DNA of 64,000 nucleotides from a virus. Taxonomy: Duplodnaviria > Caudoviricetes. Location: the IMG/VR virus record IMGVR_UViG_3300007513_000003; one strand, written 5' to 3'. Below the pieces are notes generated by a model. That model saw only the letters and a program-made list of their open reading frames with translations, was not told the origin of the DNA and searched no databases. Below are positions 50,364 to 59,430 of the stretch, one piece after another. Both the position numbers and the translations under genes were made by a program. The first letter of the stretch is position 1, and the number at the start of each line of letters is the position of its first letter.

Positions 50364-51706
50364 ATGAAAAACTAAAAACTGTTATACATAAAGTAGACTC
50401 TTTTAAGGAAACACCTACACTATGCTACTTGCCCTTTATGCATATGGAAGCAGATGCTAAAGGATGGCTTAAACCTTGTTGTATGACAGAAGGGCCTGTG
50501 CGTAAAGAAGGAACAAATGAGCCGTATAATTTAAACAATGGCGACAATATTACAAATGCGTTTAATAGTCCTGATATGCAAAAGTTACGACAAGACTTCT
50601 TAGACGGCAAAAAGCCTGAGATTTGCAAAAAGTGTTGGGATGAGGAAGACGCTGGATTGGAAAGTAAACGTATAAATTGGGCACACTACTTTACACATCA
50701 CTTGCCTGAAATGCGTGATATTTTTAGTAAAGATATTACAGAAAATGATATTGCATATTTAGACTTAAAGTTAGGAACTATTTGTAATTTAAAATGTAGA
50801 ATATGCGGATCATGGAGTAGTAGCAAATGGGCGCAAGAAGAAATAGAATTAGATATAAAGTTCCATGGACTTAAAAAAGAAGATGCAAAAAAATCATCAG
50901 CATATTACTATCTAAAGCAAGGCGAATGGCCACGCAAAAGTCCGCAATTTTGGGAAGACCTAAAGGAAATATTGCCTAACGTAAAGCATTTAGAGTTTAC
51001 AGGCGGTGAACCCTGGATGATTAAAGAACACTTTACAGTATTAGAAACATTAATTGAATCCGGACACGCAAAAAATATAAATATTCATTATAATACAAAT
51101 GGCACTCAGTTGCCAAAAGATGAATTTCATGATATTTTACCACATTTTAAACATTGTAGAATATCTTTTAGTGTAGATGATATTGGCGATAAATTTGAAT
51201 ACCAACGTTATGGTGCAAAATGGGATGAAGTAAACAGTAATATACTGTATATTTCTGAGAACAAAACCAGTAACATGGAAACAGAAATATGCACTACATT
51301 TAACTTGTTTAATTTCCATAACATAACAGATGTTGCAGACTGGGTTAAAGAAATTAAAGACTTAGATTCTTGGTATCTAAATTTAATGCATTATCCCAAA
51401 CATTTTAATATACAAATGCATTCACCTGAAGTAAAAGATATTATTGCAAATAAGTTAAGAGCATATAATTGGCAAGAGTTAATAGATAAAAACTTTGATA
51501 ACGTAAAAGAAGTAGAGTCTTTAATTTCTTATATGTATAGTGAAGATCTTAGAAAGGAAAAAGATGGTGAAGAATATCTAGACACCATGTTACATACCAT
51601 TATCTGTAAAGTAGATAGTGTAAGAAGCAAAACTTTAAATGATGTTGATTCTGTGTTAGCAGAATTCATAAATTATGACTATAAAAAATGGATACAAAAT
51701 ATTTAA
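50360..51706 (+). CDS. Radical SAM enzyme 6 (subgroup B)
   Basis: CNLKCRIC and FTGGEP. N-terminal LCYLPF...PCC...ICKKC. Confidence 0.9.
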   Translation: MNEKLKTVIHKVDSFKETPTLCYLPFMHMEADAKGWLKPCCMTEGPVRKEGTNEPYNLNNGDNITNAFNSPDMQKLRQDFLDGKKPEICKKCWDEEDAGLESKRINWAHYFTHHLPEMRDIFSKDITENDIAYLDLKLGTICNLKCRICGSWSSSKWAQEEIELDIKFHGLKKEDAKKSSAYYYLKQGEWPRKSPQFWEDLKEILPNVKHLEFTGGEPWMIKEHFTVLETLIESGHAKNINIHYNTNGTQLPKDEFHDILPHFKHCRISFSVDDIGDKFEYQRYGAKWDEVNSNILYISENKTSNMETEICTTFNLFNFHNITDVADWVKEIKDLDSWYLNLMHYPKHFNIQMHSPEVKDIIANKLRAYNWQELIDKNFDNVKEVESLISYMYSEDLRKEKDGEEYLDTMLHTIICKVDSVRSKTLNDVDSVLAEFINYDYKKWIQNI

Positions 51707-52824
51707 CCCTTGTTCGAAAAACCGGCGGTAATTTCTCCTTAAAAAATAAGTATAGAAATAAAGTCGACTTATCTGCTAAAAATTTTACATGTATTCTTCC
51801 TGAAACCAACATGACGATGGATAAAGATGGATATATTTTTATATGTAGTTGTGAAGGATTCTTACCTTATCCTGTTGGCCATATTTTTGATTTTTATAGA
51901 TTGCATGATATATGGAACAACCCAGTTGCTAAAAAACTACAAGAAAACACAAAAGCAGGATCAACATTTAAATTTTGTGATCTAAAACATTGTCATGGCC
52001 CTTTTGAGGAGGAGGATCCATTTCATGATTTTACAATTAATATAACAACGGATGATAGTTGCAATTTACAGTGCCCTAGTTGCAGAAATGAACTGATGTA
52101 TTATAAATCTGGAAAACAGTTTGAAAAGAAAAAAAGTTATGTAAAAAAATTCTTAGAACTTTTGGACAAATATAAAGGATCAGTACTTATAGAATTCGCC
52201 GGCGGTGAACCTTTTGCTAGTAAAATATATAGTGAAATTATATATAATTATAAACCAAATCCAAAACATCGTTTTACAATTAGATCAAATGCAACATTAA
52301 TAGATCAATCCAAGTTTGAAACATCTACTATGTTAAAAAATAATATACAAGAATTTTCAATAAGCATTGATGCAGGCACTAAGGACGTATATAACATTGT
52401 TAGACCTCCTGGCAAATGGGAAACTGTTCTAGATAATTTACAATTTTTGAAAGATAATAATTATGTATTTCATATGACTTTTGTTGTGCAAAAAAATAAT
52501 TTTAAAGATATTATAAATTTTATAAATCTTTGCGAAAAGTTTGAAGTTAAAGGATTTCTTAACCCTGTACACGATTGGGGCACGGCGTGGGGCATAACAT
52601 GGCCAGTGGTAGATCAGAATAACGGCTTGACGGAAGCAGACCGCTACACAAATTTTAAAAGACAACAAGTATTCATGCCTGACCACGAATTATATGATGA
52701 ATGGGTTAAAATCTATAATAATATCATAACACATCCGTGGTTTCACGCTCCGGAAGTACCTCCGATCACTTTCAACAGAAATATAAGCATTAGTAAAGAT
52801 TCATTATTAATACCCAAAAAATAA
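51688..52824 (+). CDS. Radical SAM enzyme 7 (subgroup C)
   Basis: CNLQCPSC and FAGGEP. N-terminal CILP...ICSC...FCDLKHC. Confidence 0.9.
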   Translation: MDTKYLTLVRKTGGNFSLKNKYRNKVDLSAKNFTCILPETNMTMDKDGYIFICSCEGFLPYPVGHIFDFYRLHDIWNNPVAKKLQENTKAGSTFKFCDLKHCHGPFEEEDPFHDFTINITTDDSCNLQCPSCRNELMYYKSGKQFEKKKSYVKKFLELLDKYKGSVLIEFAGGEPFASKIYSEIIYNYKPNPKHRFTIRSNATLIDQSKFETSTMLKNNIQEFSISIDAGTKDVYNIVRPPGKWETVLDNLQFLKDNNYVFHMTFVVQKNNFKDIINFINLCEKFEVKGFLNPVHDWGTAWGITWPVVDQNNGLTEADRYTNFKRQQVFMPDHELYDEWVKIYNNIITHPWFHAPEVPPITFNRNISISKDSLLIPKK

Positions 52825-52825
52825 A

Positions 52826-54139
52826 ATGAAAAAAATACAAAAACCAGAAACAATGTGTATGGCACCGTGGGTGCATACTTACCTAAGTCCACAAACAGAA
52901 CGTAGATTGTGTTGCGCTTCACGCGAGCCTGCACAAAGCTTTAAGCAATATATAGACACTGAAGCCGGCACAGGTGAATATAATCCAATATCATTAGAAG
53001 AACATTGGAATAGTGAATATATGAAAAGTGTACGTAGAGCACACATGGCGGGAGAAGAAATAGATGCTTGCCAAGTATGTAATAAAAAATTACTAAACAC
53101 TGACGTATATAGAGATTATTTTTGGAATTTATTTAAACACAAATACGACGAAGTGATAGCAAGTACAGACGAAACAGGCTACACTACAATGAAGCCAGTA
53201 AGTTGGGATTATCGCTTTAGTAATTTATGTAATTTTAAATGTCGTATGTGTGGCGATATGTTAAGTAGTAGTTGGGAAACAGAACAACGTAACAACAACA
53301 TGATTGATTACAGTAATCCAAAAAATAATTGGATGGACCCAACTGTAAGAAAACAAATAAGCGAGGTTCAATCGCAAGTAGTAGAAAAAGAATTTGCTGA
53401 TGCAGTAGCAAATGGCAAAGTAGAAGAGATATACTGGGTAGGTGGCGAACCTCTAATGTTTGAAGAACATTGGAAGTATATGAAACAAATTATAGAACAA
53501 GGACACGGAAGTAAAGTATACGCAAGATATAATACAAACTTATCTCGTATAGAGTATAAAGGAACGCATTTGTTTAGAAATATACTAGACAATATACGCG
53601 ACTGGCAAATATGTGCATCAATTGATGGTACAGGTGCTATAGGAGAATACATACGCGATGGTTTAGATTGGAGTAAGTTTTTACACTATTATAAACAAGG
53701 TATGGCGGCACAAAAGCATCCAAACCAAATGCGTTTAGACTTTACTTTAACCTTACCTGGATTATATGAAGTAAAAAATATGTTTGAATTAAGTAAGGAG
53801 TTAGATACGATGTTATTAGCAAAAGTTACTTTTGCTTTTACACCGGACATTATAATGAGTCCATTGTGTTTACCACGTAACTTATTAAACGACAAAGTAG
53901 ATCAATTATTAGAAGAATGTAAGGAGGCAACATGGAAACAACAACCGCTAATAGATGTATTAAAAAATCTAAAAGAAAGACCAACTTTCCAAGAAGAGTG
54001 GTCCGACGAGTACGAACAAGGCATCTTGAAAGGCAAACAACGCATGGCAAAAATTGACAATCTGCGTAAAACCAGTTATACTATAGATAATATTTTGAAT
54101 GGCGAGATTTTAGAATGGTGGAAGACGATAAAAGTTTAG
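52826..54139 (+). CDS. Radical SAM enzyme 8 (subgroup B)
   Basis: CNFKCRMC and WVGGEP. N-terminal MCMAPW...LCC...ACQVC. Confidence 0.9.
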   Translation: MKKIQKPETMCMAPWVHTYLSPQTERRLCCASREPAQSFKQYIDTEAGTGEYNPISLEEHWNSEYMKSVRRAHMAGEEIDACQVCNKKLLNTDVYRDYFWNLFKHKYDEVIASTDETGYTTMKPVSWDYRFSNLCNFKCRMCGDMLSSSWETEQRNNNMIDYSNPKNNWMDPTVRKQISEVQSQVVEKEFADAVANGKVEEIYWVGGEPLMFEEHWKYMKQIIEQGHGSKVYARYNTNLSRIEYKGTHLFRNILDNIRDWQICASIDGTGAIGEYIRDGLDWSKFLHYYKQGMAAQKHPNQMRLDFTLTLPGLYEVKNMFELSKELDTMLLAKVTFAFTPDIIMSPLCLPRNLLNDKVDQLLEECKEATWKQQPLIDVLKNLKERPTFQEEWSDEYEQGILKGKQRMAKIDNLRKTSYTIDNILNGEILEWWKTIKV

Positions 54140-54663
54140 AAACAAATTTTACTACAGTAGACGCAATACATATTGTTGAAAATTTAATAACTGCTGATAG
54201 TGGTTTTATGTATATGGCCACTTCATTAGGAAATGGTCATGATGCATTACAAACTCATCCATATGTAAGTTTGGTTCAGTCATGCTTTATTAGAAAAGTT
54301 CCTTATATTTTTATATCAGATTTGTCAGACCATAGTAAAAATATTCAAACATACAAAAAGATATCTTTATTATTAGATGGCACAATTGACGGTAGTTTAC
54401 ATGGACGTATGAGAATGAATAGTCCCAGAGCCACTTTTATAGGCAGAGTAGAATTAGTAGACAAGAATGAACACAAATCAAAGTTTTTAGAAAAGCATAA
54501 GAAAGCAAGAGGATTTTTTGACTTTTTAGACTTTAATATGTATAGACTCAATGTCGAGTCTATTAGGTTAAATGGAGGATTTGCTAAGGCAGCTTGGATA
54601 CGCACCAGTATTGATGAACAAGAATTTCTAAAGTTTGATACTACAACAATAGGAGGAATATAA
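54115..54663 (+). CDS. HugZ / pyridoxamine 5'-phosphate oxidase-like split-barrel protein
   Basis: PYVSLV, YIFISDLSDHSKNI, RATFIG and DFNMYRL...NGGFAKA. Confidence 0.75.
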   Translation: MVEDDKSLETNFTTVDAIHIVENLITADSGFMYMATSLGNGHDALQTHPYVSLVQSCFIRKVPYIFISDLSDHSKNIQTYKKISLLLDGTIDGSLHGRMRMNSPRATFIGRVELVDKNEHKSKFLEKHKKARGFFDFLDFNMYRLNVESIRLNGGFAKAAWIRTSIDEQEFLKFDTTTIGGI

Positions 54664-54664
54664 A

Positions 54665-55441
54665 ATGGATAAGATATTAGACAAATCTGAACCATGGGTT
54701 GGTTCACAACACATTGATTTTAACGACAAATATGACATGTTTGATATTGCTAAGTTAAGAGAAGTTTTTTCTATACTTAGAAAATATAGAGAAACATATT
54801 ATTCAGTTGAGGAAAAAGATAAATCTAAAGCACTGAAAAAAGTCTTAGATCTAATAGTAAAAAACAAAGATTATTATGATTCTATAGATATGGAAAAAAT
54901 TCGCCCACTAGTTACTGACAAAAAAGGAACAGAAGGAGTTATATTAGTAGGGCAAGCAGATAATCCGTTGTACTCTCGTTTTAATGTTCTTGAGGACCAA
55001 CACAGTATTAAAGAGTTTACTGATAATAAAAAATACATGCAAGAAATAGGAAAACAATTAATTGAACATTTAAATTTGCAAGACTTTATTTTAGATTATG
55101 ATGTAAATTACGTATGGTCAGCAAAAAATACTAGCATCGACTGGCATGTGGATAATGTTATAACAGTTCCGGATAGATTGTTAAAGTCTAATAACACTAC
55201 TTTTACACCTATTGTTATAGCTATTAACTTAGATAGCGAAACTAGTAAACGTGGAGCAACAGAGTTTAGAGAAGGTGACAATTATTATAAAGTAGATACC
55301 TACAAGGTAGCGTTAATTAATAGTGGTATAGAACATCGTGTAGAAGCAACACCAAATGAAAGACTTACGCTTAGAGTATGCCTATATGGTAAAACATTTG
55401 AAGAAGTAAAGGAGAAACTAATCAATGAAAAAATTAGATGA
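54665..55441 (+). CDS. 2OG-Fe(II) oxygenase / cupin-like protein
   Basis: H-x-D...H facial triad (IDWHVD ... IEHRVE), then R-x-T-L-R. Confidence 0.6.
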   Translation: MDKILDKSEPWVGSQHIDFNDKYDMFDIAKLREVFSILRKYRETYYSVEEKDKSKALKKVLDLIVKNKDYYDSIDMEKIRPLVTDKKGTEGVILVGQADNPLYSRFNVLEDQHSIKEFTDNKKYMQEIGKQLIEHLNLQDFILDYDVNYVWSAKNTSIDWHVDNVITVPDRLLKSNNTTFTPIVIAINLDSETSKRGATEFREGDNYYKVDTYKVALINSGIEHRVEATPNERLTLRVCLYGKTFEEVKEKLINEKIR

Positions 55442-56531
55442 AATTGTAATGACGTTAAGAACAAGATATCATAGTACTATGGATGTCTATATTGACGTAT
55501 ATGATACAGGGTTAAGTCGCAAATGGCTTACAGCGTTAAACGGAATACTTAACGACAATTTAATACTTGAAAAAAACTATTGCTTTTTGGGTTTTGTAAA
55601 CGGAAAACGATCAGGGCAATTGATTCTTGATGAAATCAACGATACGATAGACTTTATTAACAGTAGTTCATTAAACTATAATATAGAAACAGCGCCATAT
55701 ACATTAGAAAATTGTATTAATTATGGTGAAGTAGGGTTTGGCCATCCAGGACTATCCATTAAACATGAAAAGTTTAATTGGTTACATAGATGGTTTGAAG
55801 AATTACAAGGCATTGATACAGGTGATACGTCAACGTCAATGTCTCGGCATTTTAAAAACGCCACACCTGAAGAAAAGTATCATATAAGGCAACTTAATTT
55901 GTTATGTCACGAGTTTGAAACATGGGCATTAACTAATCGTAAGTTAGTACAGGCGCCTGAGTGGATGCAGAAGTCACAATTAATGTGTTGGTTAAATGCA
56001 CCACGCTTTGATTTAGTAGATGAATCAGACTTCGAAGGGTTTGGAATTGGTAGCTTAGACAAAGTGTTTGGCGGTGTTTATGTAGGTGTTAATAAAGCAG
56101 TTGGTAAAACGCATTGGGAAGTTTTTATAGATGAAGGTGGTGCATTAGATATCAGTGGTGGCAATACAATGACATTGGGTGAAATTACTATTGCATGCCG
56201 ATCACAAACAAAAGCCGCAGGTGATTTTGATATTAGTTGGTCAAGGAAGTCAGATTTCCCACATCATAATGAACGAATTAATGAATTTATAAATTGGTTA
56301 AGGCAAAACGGATTAGATCCTGATGATCCAACATTAACATTGGGGCATCCACAGGTAGGACAAGTTAACTTACAAAAGTCTTTTAATACTGACATACCTT
56401 ATCTAACTTGGTATATTATGAATGACTATTTAGATGTTTATAAGTTACAAACATCTGACGCAAGTGCTACATTCGATTATTTTTGGCACGATAGTAACTT
56501 TAAACAATTACAAATAGATCAAATACGTTAA
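55425..56531 (+). CDS. Hypothetical protein with conserved His motifs; paralog of 61768-62697
   Basis: NWLHRWF, LNLLCHEFE, VGKTHW and LGHPQVGQV. Confidence 0.75.
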   Translation: MKKLDEIVMTLRTRYHSTMDVYIDVYDTGLSRKWLTALNGILNDNLILEKNYCFLGFVNGKRSGQLILDEINDTIDFINSSSLNYNIETAPYTLENCINYGEVGFGHPGLSIKHEKFNWLHRWFEELQGIDTGDTSTSMSRHFKNATPEEKYHIRQLNLLCHEFETWALTNRKLVQAPEWMQKSQLMCWLNAPRFDLVDESDFEGFGIGSLDKVFGGVYVGVNKAVGKTHWEVFIDEGGALDISGGNTMTLGEITIACRSQTKAAGDFDISWSRKSDFPHHNERINEFINWLRQNGLDPDDPTLTLGHPQVGQVNLQKSFNTDIPYLTWYIMNDYLDVYKLQTSDASATFDYFWHDSNFKQLQIDQIR

Positions 56532-56539
56532 ATAAGAAT

Positions 56540-57367
56540 ATGAAAATATGCATCTCATCCGGAGATAGTTTTACTTATGGTGCTGAATTACCAAATGATA
56601 GTATTGGACCTAGTAAATATGCTTGGAGTAATTTAGTATCTAATAAACTAGGAGCCAAGCACATAAACACGGCAGCTAGTGGAAGAGGCAATGCATTTAT
56701 GGCACGGCGAGTGTTATATTATACTATTGAATTCTTAAAGAAGTATGATCCTGAAGATGTTTTTGTACAAGTCATGTATACATTTATTGCAAGGCGCGAG
56801 TTCAAATTAATAAATGGAACATTGAATGACCAAATGTATAAAGTAGATTCAGAGTGGTTATCGTTAGATCCTTATGCCGCAACCAATGAAGTAAAATCTG
56901 AATGGTTTAAAAAGGTTAGTTCTGATGCTCCCAATTACGAAAGTACTAAAGCCACTTTAGAAAGAAAATATAATATATATAAAGAAGCAGGCATTGTAGA
57001 CTTAGCAAAAGCATGGTATTATACTGTAAGCGATGAAGACGATGTATATACCAGTTTAAAAGAAATATTATTACTTCAAGAATTTTTGAATAGTAAAAAT
57101 ATTAAATACTTATTCACATACGTAGGACATCATACGCCTTCGCAATTATTTGAAGATCATACTAATCAATATACTATTAATTTAAGAACATTAATTGATA
57201 AAGATGTATGGTTTCATTTTCCCGGAGCATGGCCAACAAGTAAGTATTTGGGATTCAATGACTGGGCACTTATAAATAATTATGAATTTGCAACTTCGCA
57301 TCCTTTAGAGAAAGCACACGAAGACGCGGCAGAGATAATTTATGAACACATTAAAAAAATACTATAA
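56540..57367 (+). CDS. SGNH/GDSL hydrolase-like protein
   Basis: SGDSFTYG, ASGRGN, C-terminal SHP...H. Confidence 0.7.
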   Translation: MKICISSGDSFTYGAELPNDSIGPSKYAWSNLVSNKLGAKHINTAASGRGNAFMARRVLYYTIEFLKKYDPEDVFVQVMYTFIARREFKLINGTLNDQMYKVDSEWLSLDPYAATNEVKSEWFKKVSSDAPNYESTKATLERKYNIYKEAGIVDLAKAWYYTVSDEDDVYTSLKEILLLQEFLNSKNIKYLFTYVGHHTPSQLFEDHTNQYTINLRTLIDKDVWFHFPGAWPTSKYLGFNDWALINNYEFATSHPLEKAHEDAAEIIYEHIKKIL

Positions 57368-57476
57368 AAAAGCAAAGTATCAAGCTATGCGTCCTATTAA
57401 CGCAATTAAGCGTGAGATACGATATAGAAAGCGTTTAAAAGAACTTAAAAAGAGAGATCCATTTATATACAAATAA
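57342..57476 (+). CDS. Small, very basic peptide (44 aa)
   Basis: Not in the ORF track. MNTLKKYYKKAKYQAMRPINAIKREIRYRKRLKELKKRDPFIYK*; overlaps the upstream gene end. Confidence 0.6.
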   Translation: MNTLKKYYKKAKYQAMRPINAIKREIRYRKRLKELKKRDPFIYK

Positions 57477-57508
57477 ATATTTAAATATTTATTAATAAAT
57501 ATTTAAAT
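57472..57508. repeat. 22-nt perfect A/T palindrome plus a 15-nt direct repeat
   Basis: aataaatatttaaatatttatt at 57472-57493; aataaatatttaaat at 57472 and 57494. Confidence 0.8.
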
Positions 57509-58577
57509 GAAAGTTGATTACTTACGTTATATAAGAAGCACACCTTCAATAAGTTCTATTAGACACAAGTATAAATTGGGAGATAACCAATTACATCCTT
57601 TTAAAGAAGATGTTTATTGTATAATGCCAAGCAGTTCAATTCTTGTTAACAAACTTGGCCACGTATTCATCTGTTCATGCCATGGTCATTTACCTTATCT
57701 AATTGGTAATATAAAAGATTTTAACACTATAGAAGAAATATGGAACAATTCAATTGCTAAAAAACTACAAGAACATACTTCAGCAGGAAGCAGTTTTAAG
57801 TTTTGTAATACAGCAAAATGCACCGGGCCTATACGATTCGGTGATTTCCCTCAAAGGTATTCATTTATATTTGCTATTGATGATAGTTGCAATTTACAAT
57901 GTCCAAGTTGCCGGCCAGAATTTAGGTTTATTAATAAGGGTCCTGAATTTGAGTTAAGAAAAAGTTATGCAATGCATTTTTTAGATTTGGTGTCAAACTT
58001 TGAACACGCGTCTTTAATAGAATTGGGAGGCGACGGAGAACCATTTGCTAGTGGAATTTATGGTGATATAATCTATAATTATATTCCTAGAAAAAATCAT
58101 AAATTTACAATTCGGTCAAACGCCACACGCATAAATTATAAAAAGCTTTTAAATTCAAAAGTTATGGATCAAGTAACATCTTTTGCAGTTAGTATTGATG
58201 CAGGAAGTGAAGAAGTATATAGAAAAGTGCGTTACCCAGGTAACTGGAGTACTGTTATTGATAGTCTAGACTTTTTGAAAGAGAACAATCGTTATTTTCA
58301 TTTATCATTCGTATTACAAAAAAATAATTATAGGGATGTTATAAATTTTGCAAACCTATGTCAAAAGTACAATGTTGGTGCCACTATTAGTAGTATAGAA
58401 GATTGGGGTTCTTGGTGGGTTAACAATTACAATACCAACTTATTTTTAGAGCAAGCAGTTTTTTTGCCAAACAATTCATTGTACAGTGATTGCATAAACA
58501 TGTTAAACAAACTTAAAAATCACCAACATTATAAAAATGGATATATAACATTAAAGGGTTCATTAATTAATATATGA
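57507..58577 (+). CDS. Radical SAM enzyme 9 (subgroup C; paralog of 51688-52824)
   Basis: DDSCNLQCPSC (identical to enzyme 7) and GGDGEP. N-terminal CIMP...ICSC...FCNTAKC. Confidence 0.9.
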   Translation: MKVDYLRYIRSTPSISSIRHKYKLGDNQLHPFKEDVYCIMPSSSILVNKLGHVFICSCHGHLPYLIGNIKDFNTIEEIWNNSIAKKLQEHTSAGSSFKFCNTAKCTGPIRFGDFPQRYSFIFAIDDSCNLQCPSCRPEFRFINKGPEFELRKSYAMHFLDLVSNFEHASLIELGGDGEPFASGIYGDIIYNYIPRKNHKFTIRSNATRINYKKLLNSKVMDQVTSFAVSIDAGSEEVYRKVRYPGNWSTVIDSLDFLKENNRYFHLSFVLQKNNYRDVINFANLCQKYNVGATISSIEDWGSWWVNNYNTNLFLEQAVFLPNNSLYSDCINMLNKLKNHQHYKNGYITLKGSLINI

Positions 58578-58807
58578 TAGTAATCGACTACCACGGCTAT
58601 TCCATACAAGAAGCATATGATGACATTATTGCTACTATTAAAGAATGCCATGAAGAAAGAATTAAAAAAATAAAAATAATTACAGGCAAAGGAAGTATTT
58701 GCCAAGAATTCCCACTGTGGATCGAATGTAGCCCACTAGTAAGAAAAATAGAACAAAGCGACGACGGCGGGTGCTTTTACCTATGGATATTAGTCAAGAA
58801 AAAATAA
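58574..58807 (+). CDS. Stand-alone Smr domain protein
   Basis: IDYHG...IKIITGKG...DDGG matches the Smr motifs LDLHG and IIHGKG. Confidence 0.75.
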   Translation: MIVIDYHGYSIQEAYDDIIATIKECHEERIKKIKIITGKGSICQEFPLWIECSPLVRKIEQSDDGGCFYLWILVKKK

Positions 58808-59430
58808 TATTCACAAACGGTGATAGTTTTACGTTTGGGGATGAGTTAGAACATCCGTTTTCTGAATGTTGGCCAGCCAAGTTGGGTGAAATAACTAGAC
58901 TTCAAGTAGTTAATTTTGCACGTTCCGGTGCCGCAAATAATCGTATAGTAGAAACTACCAAAAACTTTTTTAACGATTTGGCCAGACTATCTGTTTTTAA
59001 TACTGGTAAAAGGAAATCATTGAATTCAGTAACTGAAATAGAATGTGCTGTAATACAATGGACTTCGTATATTCGATTGGGGCCAAACGAAACTATACCA
59101 AAGAATATTGTGTTAGGAGAGAATGAAAAAAATTATCTATTAGATAATTTTTTTGTACAAATAAGAGAATTACAGGATTTTTTCGAGTCTAGACGTATAC
59201 CTTATTTGATGCTTAATGCTTTTGATAATGAAAAAGTAATACCACAATGTAATTCTGAGTTTAAAGACCTAGTTGACGATAAGTATTTTATAGGGTGGCC
59301 AAACCAAGCAATAGTTAATTGGGTGTATGGTATGGATCACGGTCCTAAAGGCCATCCAGGAAAATTGGCACATGCTGAAATAGCAGAGATTATCTATGAA
59401 AATATTAGGAATAAGTTGCGGGTTTCATGA
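58771..59430 (+). CDS. SGNH/GDSL hydrolase-like protein (start may be ATG 58783)
   Basis: NGDSFTFG, ARSGAAN, GHPGKLAH. Confidence 0.7.
   Translation: MLLPMDISQEKIIFTNGDSFTFGDELEHPFSECWPAKLGEITRLQVVNFARSGAANNRIVETTKNFFNDLARLSVFNTGKRKSLNSVTEIECAVIQWTSYIRLGPNETIPKNIVLGENEKNYLLDNFFVQIRELQDFFESRRIPYLMLNAFDNEKVIPQCNSEFKDLVDDKYFIGWPNQAIVNWVYGMDHGPKGHPGKLAHAEIAEIIYENIRNKLRVS

Noticed and set aside
43988-58577. 7-deazaguanine (QueE) or MoaA/anSME pathway as the explanation for the rSAM genes
   Set aside because: No queC, queD, folE, dpdA, moa or sulfatase genes are in the window, and the Cys-rich architectures differ from QueE.
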